From assembly GCA_965248265.1 (NCBI GenBank), contig CBDFJF010000002.1, forward strand, positions 896,001-960,000: a DNA stretch of 64,000 nt. Reading direction: 5' to 3'. Under the pieces are notes generated by a model that did not search any database, had not been told where the DNA came from, and saw only the letters and a list, made by a program, of their open reading frames with translations. The DNA comes from Candidatus Latescibacterota bacterium (lineage in GTDB: Bacteria; Latescibacterota; UBA2968; UBA8231). The position numbers and the translations under genes are program-made. Positions 18,527 through 27,378 of the stretch are shown piece by piece (the first letter of the stretch is position 1; each line of letters opens with the position of its first letter).

Positions 18527-19297
18527 TCATTGCCGAATGAGATTGGCGCCGAATTCGCGGATGGCATTTTCGTCGGCTTTTTCCAGCGGCGTGTAGCGCG
18601 AGTGGTGGCTGTCTTTGTAGGGATCGTTGCGAGCGGCGTTGTAGCAGCAGACCATCGACCACCGCCGATCGTCGGAGAGATTCTGGTCGGAACGATGGAG
18701 GAGATTGCAATGGAAGAACAGGGCATCGCCGGGATCGAGCTCGCAGTAGACGAGATCCAGGCGCTGAGTGGCCATTTCCACGCGCTCGGGATCGGCGCCG
18801 CGCAGCTCGCCGACATCGACGTGATCGATGCGTCCCATGTGATGAGATCCGGACAGCACCTGCATGCAGCCGTTGGTGCGGGTGGCCGGGTCGACGGCGA
18901 TGGCGACACTGGCCATCAGCGGATACAGGCAGGCGCCATTGTACCAGTAGCCGTAGTCCTGATGCCAGGCAAAGGCGCCTCCTGTGCGCGGGTCCTTCAG
19001 GATCATCTTCGAGTGGTAGTGATAGACCTCACCGTCCAGGAGCTTCTCCATCGAGTCGACGAGTCTGCGGCTGCGTGAGAATAGCCCATAAATGCCATCC
19101 GCCGGTTGGTCCCACACTTTCAGTCTGATCGCGCCACCTTCGCCGTCATTGAGGCCGACGGCCTGTTCATCGAGAGCCTGGTCCTCGAGGGCTGCATCGC
19201 GCAGCAAGTCGATTTCATCGGCGCTGAACATCCGCCGGGCGATACAGAAGCCGTCGCGGTTGAAGCCCGCGAGTTGACTATCGTCAAGAATCGTCAT
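18527..19297 (-). CDS. Phytanoyl-CoA dioxygenase (PhyH) family 2-oxoglutarate/Fe(II) dioxygenase
   Basis: WHQDYGYW (HxD), NGCMQVLSGSH and PGDALFFHCNLLHRS motifs. Confidence 0.9.
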   Translation of the reverse strand: MTILDDSQLAGFNRDGFCIARRMFSADEIDLLRDAALEDQALDEQAVGLNDGEGGAIRLKVWDQPADGIYGLFSRSRRLVDSMEKLLDGEVYHYHSKMILKDPRTGGAFAWHQDYGYWYNGACLYPLMASVAIAVDPATRTNGCMQVLSGSHHMGRIDHVDVGELRGADPERVEMATQRLDLVYCELDPGDALFFHCNLLHRSDQNLSDDRRWSMVCCYNAARNDPYKDSHHSRYTPLEKADENAIREFGANLIRQ

Positions 19298-19323
19298 AGC
19301 CGTAATAACAATAGACCGCGGGA

Positions 19324-20163
19324 TTACCCACGAGCGGGTTCAGCCGCCTCGGCGCGGTATTTGGCCGACAGGGCGGCCAGATGTCCGTCATTAGCCATTA
19401 GTTGCTCAAGGTGGATCATGCGCTGCGGGCTGGCGGTGGAAACCATCTTCTCACCATAGGCGCGTTCGACCCAGAACCGGGACATTCCCCCCATATCCTG
19501 CTTGAGCATGTCGATGTGATCGTCAGAGACGCGCTCGCAGCAGTTGATTGTGAACATGCGCCGGCGCTGGCTGCCACCGAAGGCGGCGTGCTTGGTGTTG
19601 TGGCGGAAGGCGACGATGTCGCCGGGTTCGACTTCGAGGGCCACGGCCGGCACTGCTTTCCCGATCACACCCCACATTTCTTCTGAGTTCTTCACATTCT
19701 CCTCGAGGCTCTCGGAATAGTCGTCGCCCATGAGATGACTGCCAGGAATCACCCGGAGGCACCCGTTGTCTTTATCAAGCGTATCCAGGTAGAAGGCGAT
19801 CTTGACGTAGCGGATTTCCTTGTGGAAGCCGTCGGAATGCCACCGGGTGTCGCCGGCGTAGTAGTTGCCGTCCGAACCGGTGTAGTTAAAGTCATCGCCG
19901 AGCAGGCTGCTGAGGGTTCCTTCGATGCGCGGGTCATCGAGAAGGGCACACAGCCTTTCGTGCTGGTCCAGGAAGGGGAAGATGCACGAGCGGTTGACGC
20001 CGTCGTGCGGCTTGCCATTGTGGCCGCCGCCGTGCTCGGTCCATATCTGTTCGAAGGCATCGGTGATTTCGGCGATCGAATCGGTCATGAGGCCCGGCAG
20101 GGAGAGGTAACCGAAGGTTTCGAAGAAATTGAGTTGCTCTCGGGTGAGGTGGAACTGGGTCAT
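19324..20163 (-). CDS. PhyH family dioxygenase
   Basis: Start MTQFHLT at 20163; FFETFGYL, WHSD, GCLRVIPGSH and PGDIVAF...KH motifs. Confidence 0.88.
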   Translation of the reverse strand: MTQFHLTREQLNFFETFGYLSLPGLMTDSIAEITDAFEQIWTEHGGGHNGKPHDGVNRSCIFPFLDQHERLCALLDDPRIEGTLSSLLGDDFNYTGSDGNYYAGDTRWHSDGFHKEIRYVKIAFYLDTLDKDNGCLRVIPGSHLMGDDYSESLEENVKNSEEMWGVIGKAVPAVALEVEPGDIVAFRHNTKHAAFGGSQRRRMFTINCCERVSDDHIDMLKQDMGGMSRFWVERAYGEKMVSTASPQRMIHLEQLMANDGHLAALSAKYRAEAAEPARG

Positions 20164-20456
20164 GGTTCTCTCAGCGTGATTTCGCTTGGGTCGCATTCGA
20201 TCTCATCAGGACAGACAAAAATGCTGTGCGGCGGCCGGACCGGCAAGCAAGTCCAATATCTATTCATAGACGCACGCGGACGCACGCGAATGCCACGGTA
20301 GAGGCAAGGGGGACCGCAACAGACGGTCCGCCGGCCGGCCGAAGGATCTGCAAGACGTAGAGTACTTGGATTCTGCTTCCGAGAATCCTGATTCCGAATG
20401 ACTCTCGCCTCTGAGCTCTGAAGCGGACTCTACCTGCCTACCCGAAATCGCTTGGC

Positions 20457-23400
20457 CTATCGTAACAGCAAGAGCTTACGCGAGAACACCTCGTTTCCAG
20501 CCTCCAGACGATACCAGTAAACACCACTGGCCACGCTCCGACCCTCATCGTCGCGGCCATCCCACCGCACAGTGTGAACCCCTCTCCCCCGCGGACCCTG
20601 GGCCAATACGGCTACGCGCTGGCCGACCAGGTCAAACAGGGTGACCGCCACCGGGCCAGGTTCAGCTAGGGCGAACCGGATCGTCGTCATGCTGTTGAAC
20701 GGGTTGGGGAAGTTCTGCTCAAGCCCGGAGGAGGTGGGCAGACCCAGATGCTCCCGGGCCAGCACTAGCAGCTTCGCATGCGCCTCCCCACCAAAATGGT
20801 CGGCGAAGACGAAGAAATCTGCGGCGTCAACGGTACCCCCGCCGTCCAGGTCGAAAAGGGGGTTCGTGCCGCCAAACGCATCGACGAACAGGAAGAAGTC
20901 GCCGAATCCGACGATGCCGTCGGCGTCGAAATCGGCTGCTACCGTGTTGGGATCCGGCAGAATCACAGCGTCAGCGAGGTGCTGCGTGTTGTCAGAAGGA
21001 TCAGTTTCGATTTCGTCGGCGGTGAAGGTGAGCTCGAAATCCAGCTCACCACTCTGCAGGGGAGTGAAATACAGGAAAATATCCAGCAGGCTGTTCTCAT
21101 CCGAAAAGTCACCACAGTTGAACACCCCACCGAAGGCACTTTGCTCGATGCTGACACAATCGCTCAGGCTCTGCTCGTTCACGACCGTGTCTTCGAAGCG
21201 AATCGGCGTGGCCGAGGTGAAGGTGAGGCGCACGTTGGTCGCTGTGCCGCCACCTACCAGTCTCAGGCCCGCGTACACCGTCATCGAGCGGAAGTCGTTG
21301 ACCCTTGGATCGGAACTGTCGTTGCGCAGGAACGTGAGCAGATTCACCACTGGCGGCAGCGAGGCTGCGTTGAGTGGATCGGTGCCGCGGGTGAACTCGA
21401 CGAGATTGCTGACACCATCCAGATCGGCATCCTCCAGGGCGTCGGCGGAGTCGTCGGGGTCGAAACCGAAGACGAGCTCGAATCCGTCCGGCAGTCCGTC
21501 CATGTCAGTGTCCGGCATCTCCTCCGGATTCAGCATGCCGTCGTCGTTGTCATCCGACCAGCCCAGATAGTCGTCGGGGAAATCGTCCAGCTCATCCGGC
21601 ACCCCATCGGCGTCCGAGTCCAGGCTCAAAGCCGGATCTCGCAGCGGTCCGTCGCAGAAATAGGATGCTTCGGGCAGAGCACCAAGGCTGATCTGTGAAA
21701 AATGACAATTCATGGCCTCGAAGTTGTTCAAACGGCCATCGATGATGCTGGCGCCTATCATTTCATCCAGAGTCTGGCTGAAGAAACGGTTCGTCTCTCC
21801 AGGGTCTCCGCTGACCTCAAGCGTACCCAGCAGTTGTCCTTGGCATCCAAAACGGTGATTGAGCTCGGTAGCGGTGACCGCACACTCGGCATCGGAGTCG
21901 CCGGCCGTCTGGCGAAGAACAGTGGTGACATCATCTGCGAGTTCGGTCTGCAGTGAAGCCAGCCTGGGAAACGAAGTCGAGGGATCCTGAAGCTGCTCGT
22001 TGATGGCCAGTTGTGTGTCGATGAACGACTGATATTCAGTCTCCAGTTCCGCGTCGCCTTTCATCCCGTCGACTATGGTATCAAAAGCCAGCACATCCCC
22101 AGCGCGAACCGCGTCGAGTAATTGGATCAACTGAGTGCGACGGCTCTCGTAGAAGTGATTGAAGATGAGGCCGCCGTAGCGGTAAAACTTGAAGCCCTCG
22201 CTGTAGCAGGAGTTCATGGTCTGAGCGACGGTCAACCGATCGGCACCGTCGAAACCGATGCTCTCGACCAGACCTCGTCGCACCGGAATCCCATCAGCCT
22301 GCGTGCTCGCCGCCAGGAACTCGGCCAGCCCCTCGTCGACCCAGGTCAGACGACAGTCCTCATACAATTCCGTGGTCCCCCACAGTCCCTCATGGACGTA
22401 GCGGGCGAACAGGTAGTGGACGTACTCGTGGCGGAACAGTTCCTCCAGGGTGAAGGTGCTCTCCTGCGGGGTTCTCTGATAGGTATAGAACGTGGCATCC
22501 CCCTCGATGTAAATGCCGCCATTGTCGGTGTCCAGACCATATAGGAAGCCCTGGTAGCGTTCGTACTCAGTTTTGGTCCCGTAGACCTTCATGATGAGGG
22601 TTTCATTGACATCACCGGTAACCGGCGTCGTCGACTCGATGACCCGGTAGAACTGAGACTGGACCTGCTTGGCTGCGTGATAGAGCCCCTGGACCACGTT
22701 GGCTTCGAGCGAGGTTTCGACGACCATGGCGCCGTCGTCGAAGCGGAAGGTATGCGGAAATGCCAGTCCGGTGATCTCGTCGACGAGGTCATCCCTGCAG
22801 ATGCCCTGAGTCTCGCAGTCGATGTGGTCCTCGAGCCCTTCCGTCACCAGAAGGAAGGCCGCGCTCAGACGGGGATAGACCGGCAGGATCTCCGTCAGCG
22901 CAGCAACGACCTCATCCCGTAGTTCCTCCATTTCGACGAGCCGTGCCAGTTCACGGATGGCGTTCTCGACGAGATAGGCCTGGTCGGGGTAGAGATACTC
23001 AAACAACGAGGCCTGTTGCATGACCGAGACGATTTCGGGGTCCTCGCCGATTGCCTCCAGGTAGTCCTCGTCGCTGTTGACGAAGCCGCGGAAGAGGATG
23101 AAGAAGGTGTTGTTGTAGGCTGCCCGTTGGCTCGTGGACTCGGATCGCTCAGGCGTCATGTTGAGCAAGATCTGCTTGATCTCGGCCAAATGGCGATGCC
23201 TCAGCCCATCGTGGTCGGTGACCGTCAGCCACTCCGCCAGGATGTCGGCCGCGTCGTCGTTCAAATCGTAGATGCGGTCATTCGCCGCAAACGCGGCAGA
23301 GGCGGCTACGTGTGCGGTGAGGGTTTCCTCGGAAAACGCCGCTACCTCCTCCTCGAAGAATTCGTAGAAGTAGCCGACATGGGGGAAGAACCAGAGCTGA

Positions 23401-23831
23401 TGCAGGCCCAGGGTATTGGTGCCGTCGTAGTCGGGGGACAATTCTGCGATTGAATCGAAAACGGCTTGCATGTTCTCGTCGCTGAACGCCTCGACGAGGT
23501 TCACATCGAAGTCCCACAGAAAATCTGCCAGGCAGCCATCAACCGGGTGCGTCCTCAGGTAGTCGACGAGCTCCTGCGCATCCAATGCGGCCACGAAGAC
23601 GGAGGAGCACTCAGGGTCCTGGAGGACGGCCGTCGGCTTGGCGCTGGTCGACAGCCAGGAATCCCTGGGCAGGCGGTGCGAATCCATCGGTTCCACGATC
23701 CCATCGACGACGGGTCTGTCGGGGCGTAGCGGTGAGCGCTCGCCGCTCGGAGGGCGAAGGTCCTGCGCAGATAGCAGGGACATCGTTCCGGAGGAGAGAC
23801 CCAAGGCGATCGCCAGTATCGTCTTTGTCAT
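20457..23831 (-). CDS. Secreted M9 family collagenase-like metallopeptidase with Ca-binding repeats, dockerin/EF-hand-like motif and FlgD/T9SS-like C-terminal domain
   Basis: Signal peptide MTKTILAIALG; TDNGGIYIEG, LFRHEYVHYL (HExxH) and EGLAEF; DSDADGVPD/DTDMDGLPD repeats; ADFDADGIVGFGDFFLF; QNFPNPFN...WDGRD...SGVY tail. Confidence 0.85.
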   Translation of the reverse strand: MTKTILAIALGLSSGTMSLLSAQDLRPPSGERSPLRPDRPVVDGIVEPMDSHRLPRDSWLSTSAKPTAVLQDPECSSVFVAALDAQELVDYLRTHPVDGCLADFLWDFDVNLVEAFSDENMQAVFDSIAELSPDYDGTNTLGLHQLWFFPHVGYFYEFFEEEVAAFSEETLTAHVAASAAFAANDRIYDLNDDAADILAEWLTVTDHDGLRHRHLAEIKQILLNMTPERSESTSQRAAYNNTFFILFRGFVNSDEDYLEAIGEDPEIVSVMQQASLFEYLYPDQAYLVENAIRELARLVEMEELRDEVVAALTEILPVYPRLSAAFLLVTEGLEDHIDCETQGICRDDLVDEITGLAFPHTFRFDDGAMVVETSLEANVVQGLYHAAKQVQSQFYRVIESTTPVTGDVNETLIMKVYGTKTEYERYQGFLYGLDTDNGGIYIEGDATFYTYQRTPQESTFTLEELFRHEYVHYLFARYVHEGLWGTTELYEDCRLTWVDEGLAEFLAASTQADGIPVRRGLVESIGFDGADRLTVAQTMNSCYSEGFKFYRYGGLIFNHFYESRRTQLIQLLDAVRAGDVLAFDTIVDGMKGDAELETEYQSFIDTQLAINEQLQDPSTSFPRLASLQTELADDVTTVLRQTAGDSDAECAVTATELNHRFGCQGQLLGTLEVSGDPGETNRFFSQTLDEMIGASIIDGRLNNFEAMNCHFSQISLGALPEASYFCDGPLRDPALSLDSDADGVPDELDDFPDDYLGWSDDNDDGMLNPEEMPDTDMDGLPDGFELVFGFDPDDSADALEDADLDGVSNLVEFTRGTDPLNAASLPPVVNLLTFLRNDSSDPRVNDFRSMTVYAGLRLVGGGTATNVRLTFTSATPIRFEDTVVNEQSLSDCVSIEQSAFGGVFNCGDFSDENSLLDIFLYFTPLQSGELDFELTFTADEIETDPSDNTQHLADAVILPDPNTVAADFDADGIVGFGDFFLFVDAFGGTNPLFDLDGGGTVDAADFFVFADHFGGEAHAKLLVLAREHLGLPTSSGLEQNFPNPFNSMTTIRFALAEPGPVAVTLFDLVGQRVAVLAQGPRGRGVHTVRWDGRDDEGRSVASGVYWYRLEAGNEVFSRKLLLLR

Positions 23832-23995
23832 ATCAGCACCTACCTTGAACATCGGCAGATTCCACCAATATCCGGGTGATCGAGGTCACCCTTTCCAACT
23901 CCTTCTGACAGAGGGTTTTCAGCGGTTCTCCGTCTCTTTCTTGCCATACGCGAATACCTCATATATGCTGTACACAAACTCGATAGGAGATTGCC

Positions 23996-24238
23996 ATGCG
24001 TACCACCCTGATCATCCCAGACTCGATATATCATCGGGCAAAGCAGGCTGCCAGGGCACAAGGACGCACACTATCAGACATCGTCACAGAGGCCATGACA
24101 ATACACCTGGCACGCAACAAGCAGGAGGTTCAGTCAGGGACGGCGCTCTACAGAATCAAGCCAGTGTCGATGGGGGTCCAGCAAGTCGATGTCAATGATC
24201 GTGAGGCGCTTTCGCGAAGAATGGGCGAAGGGCAGTAG
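23996..24238 (+). CDS. VapB-like ribbon-helix-helix antitoxin with no adjacent toxin
   Basis: MRTTLIIPD...AK..A...GRTLSDIV N-terminus and VDVNDREAL tail; GGAGA RBS. Confidence 0.65.
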   Translation: MRTTLIIPDSIYHRAKQAARAQGRTLSDIVTEAMTIHLARNKQEVQSGTALYRIKPVSMGVQQVDVNDREALSRRMGEGQ

Positions 24239-24288
24239 TTGGTCCGCGCCGAAGAATCGGATCACGACGCCCAAATAGAGCAGGATAA

Positions 24289-25557
24289 ATGACCACATTG
24301 AACGTAACCATCAACGGCACCGGTTTCGCCGCCGAATTCACCGCCGGCGCCTATGGGTTGATCCCGCACCAGAACGGCGTCGACATCAACCTGGCCGGGG
24401 TCTGCTCCGGACGCATCGAAAACGCCAGAAAATTCGCCGAAGCTCAAAGCGTGAACGCCGTCTTTGAATCGCACGCCCAGATGATCAAGTCAATCAAGCC
24501 GGACATCGACAACATCGTCAGTGCCAACCACACCCACGGCCCCTTCGTCATCGAAGCAGCACAGGGTGGCGCCAAGCTCGTCACCCTCGAGAAGCCGCCG
24601 GTCATCTGGCCCGGGTACGCGGAAGGCAGGGAGGCCTCGGCCGAAGTCCGCAAGCGCGAGTCAATGGAGTACCTGGCCACCGTCCTCGATGCCGTGCGCG
24701 CCAACGGCACCAAGCTCCTCTACGCCGAGAACTTCATCTACGTCAGTGCCGTCTTCGGCATGGTCAACATCCTGGAACAGGCGATGAAGACGGGCAAAGG
24801 CAAGATCCTGCATCAGTCCGGAGTCTGTGCCCACCAGGGATCACACGCCCCCGTCTACGACACACCTGCCCAGTCCGGCGGCGGCGCGCTGTTCAACAAG
24901 GCCTGTCATCCACTGGGTCCGACGCTGTACCTGAAACAGATCGAGGGACTCCTGCGCGATGGCAAGCCGATACGTCCGGCAAAGGTATCCGCCCTGGCGC
25001 TGCAGATCCTCAAGCATCAGCCCGAGTCTGCGGCCGAGCATTTCCGGGTGATGGAGAACGTCGATGACTTTTCCCGTATCACCGTCCTCTTCGAGGACCA
25101 GACCGTCGCCGAGGTCTACGGCTCCGATCTGTGTATCAGCGGCATCCGCGGCGAGGTCTCCGTGACCACGGACTTTGCCCAGTACGACATGCGGGTCAAT
25201 CCGCACAGCGGGACGGAGTTGTTCATGCCGAAGGGAGAGGCATCGGGGAATCTGCTGTTCAGAGAGAAGCTACCGACAACGCAGGGAACATCATACCCGA
25301 TGCCCAGGCAGGCGCTGGCCTTTGGTCATGTTGGCGAGATCGAGGATGCAGTGGCTTGCGTGCTGGATGAGACCCGCTATCCGCAGTCCGGTCCGATGAT
25401 GGCGTGGGACTCGATGGCGGTGCTGATGGCGGCTTATGAGTCGGCGGAGAAGGAATCGGCTTTTGTGGATATCAGTGAGTATGTTGAGGAGCGGGAGTTC
25501 GACGAGACAGAGATGCCTTCACCGGATGTTGTGGAGCATGTGTTTCAGACCATGTGA
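24289..25557 (+). CDS. Gfo/Idh/MocA family oxidoreductase
   Basis: N-terminal Rossmann fold (INGTGFAA), LEKP, YAEN and SGGGAL...CHP motifs. Confidence 0.85.
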   Translation: MTTLNVTINGTGFAAEFTAGAYGLIPHQNGVDINLAGVCSGRIENARKFAEAQSVNAVFESHAQMIKSIKPDIDNIVSANHTHGPFVIEAAQGGAKLVTLEKPPVIWPGYAEGREASAEVRKRESMEYLATVLDAVRANGTKLLYAENFIYVSAVFGMVNILEQAMKTGKGKILHQSGVCAHQGSHAPVYDTPAQSGGGALFNKACHPLGPTLYLKQIEGLLRDGKPIRPAKVSALALQILKHQPESAAEHFRVMENVDDFSRITVLFEDQTVAEVYGSDLCISGIRGEVSVTTDFAQYDMRVNPHSGTELFMPKGEASGNLLFREKLPTTQGTSYPMPRQALAFGHVGEIEDAVACVLDETRYPQSGPMMAWDSMAVLMAAYESAEKESAFVDISEYVEEREFDETEMPSPDVVEHVFQTM

Positions 25558-25705
25558 ATGGCCGTTTTGTAGACCGAAGCAGGACTGCTTCACAAAACAA
25601 AGCAGTTTAAACTTCTCGCTCAACCAGCAATTCTGCGGCATGTTATTCGAATGAACGAGTAGCATGCCGCATCTGCGTACGGAGTGAAAAGGGGGAGTGC
25701 ATCTC

Positions 25706-27094
25706 ATGAAGCGCAAAGAGTACCCGATCGTTTTCGTCCACGGCTGGAACTTCAAAGAGAAAAAACGCAACAATACTACTTACTGCGGGTGGAATGATAC
25801 CGGGGACGGTATCGGGGGTATGATGGGCCGGCTGCGCAAGGAGGCCAATTCATTGCTAGGCCGTGGAGAGGCGAGGTACACGATTTCTCCACTGGTAACA
25901 GGCCAGGATGTCCAACTCAGCCCCAGGGCCAAGGACAAAAAGCGGACACTCTGGGCGATCAACTACTATGCGGGGGTGCAGACGGGCACTTACGCACTGG
26001 GCCTTCCGGGGTATGGTGCGTACGCGGCTCAGATCGTGCGTAAAATCTGCCGGATTACCAATTCTCCCAAGGTTAAGATTGTCAGTCACTCCATGGGCAC
26101 GGTGGTTTCGCGGTGGGCGATTCAGAAAGAGGGGATTGTCAGCCGGGTCGACACCTTCATAACCATGTGTGCGCCGAATAACGGGGCGAGGGCGGCCAAC
26201 AAAGGCAAGGCGTTGCTCGCCGTCCTCGACACCGTCCTCGGCCCACTACTCGACCTCAATGACGAGGACATGAAGTACCTGCAACCAAAATGGGTTAAAA
26301 GAAATCTGGGCGGCCGCTACCCGAAGGTCTGGTACCGAGGGCGCCGGGTAGGGTTGGCGGATGCTATCCCCCACTGCTTCTGTCTGATCGGCTGCGACGA
26401 CGACAGCATTCTCGGTTACGCGAGGGACGTGGTGTCGCTGAATGCTCCCGAGGGAGTGCCGTTCAATACCGGTGTGGCCAGTGACAGCATCGTGCGCCTC
26501 GACGAGGCCTACTACGATGGCGCAACGCGGATGTATGGTTATCGAGAGCACACCGACAAGATGGGACTCAACCATCGGCTCGAGGGGTTCGAGATGGTCA
26601 AGCGCTGTCTGTTCGGGGACAAGCTGGTGCGGATCACGCAGACCAAGGCCGAGATCAGTGATCCCCACGAAATGGTGTTCACCGAAGCAGAGTTTTGCTT
26701 CGAGTTCTCGGTGAGCTTACGCCGCGTGGGTAATCGAAAGTTTGGAGGGACCGTACTGCATGAAGTCAGCCGGCGCTGCGAAAACGCACCGACGATCAGG
26801 CGTAGAGTGCCATGGCGTGGATTGATTCAGATCAAGCGCGATCTACCCGTGTTCGAAGGGCCGATTATTACGCCATTGGCAAGAGCAGGACGGAGCCGGA
26901 GAGACAAATCCGTGCTGTTTGTACAGGTGCGTTGCCTGGAGCAGGATCCGGTCGGGGACGACACGGTGGGGGAGATGGAGAATAGCCGGGTGGATGTGTG
27001 GGTCAAGAATGAGGGCAATGAGACCAAGGAATTCTTCAAAGCGTTTGGGGATTGCATCGGGTGGTATTCGGTGGAGACGAGTGATATGGCGTGA
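25706..27094 (+). CDS. Alpha/beta hydrolase (lipase/esterase-like) with extra C-terminal domain
   Basis: PIVFVHGW oxyanion motif, VSHSMG nucleophile elbow, APNNG, SDSIV and a distal His. Confidence 0.8.
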   Translation: MKRKEYPIVFVHGWNFKEKKRNNTTYCGWNDTGDGIGGMMGRLRKEANSLLGRGEARYTISPLVTGQDVQLSPRAKDKKRTLWAINYYAGVQTGTYALGLPGYGAYAAQIVRKICRITNSPKVKIVSHSMGTVVSRWAIQKEGIVSRVDTFITMCAPNNGARAANKGKALLAVLDTVLGPLLDLNDEDMKYLQPKWVKRNLGGRYPKVWYRGRRVGLADAIPHCFCLIGCDDDSILGYARDVVSLNAPEGVPFNTGVASDSIVRLDEAYYDGATRMYGYREHTDKMGLNHRLEGFEMVKRCLFGDKLVRITQTKAEISDPHEMVFTEAEFCFEFSVSLRRVGNRKFGGTVLHEVSRRCENAPTIRRRVPWRGLIQIKRDLPVFEGPIITPLARAGRSRRDKSVLFVQVRCLEQDPVGDDTVGEMENSRVDVWVKNEGNETKEFFKAFGDCIGWYSVETSDMA

Positions 27095-27378
27095 TAGATG
27101 GTGGTTATGATTGGCCAACTAGGCGCTAAAAATATATACGCCGGAGTCATTTGTAATGGCGGCAGTGACATTCTCCTCTTTAACGAAATCCTGCTCCGAG
27201 CTTTGTAAATGGGGTCCCTATGCCATGGTGACGGGTATGTTCAAACCCGCCAATTGTCCAACACCTCTGCGAACGCGAGGCTACCGCAGCACTGGATCAC
27301 GCAAACATGAAATATCCTTGTCAACGCGCCGCCGTCGCTGTATCCACTCTATTCGGTCCAGTACGTGCGACTGGTGTT

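Noticed and set aside
20360-20430. Weak heptamer-like periodicity downstream of the collagenase
   Set aside because: Too degenerate to define a unit; cannot be distinguished from chance by eye.
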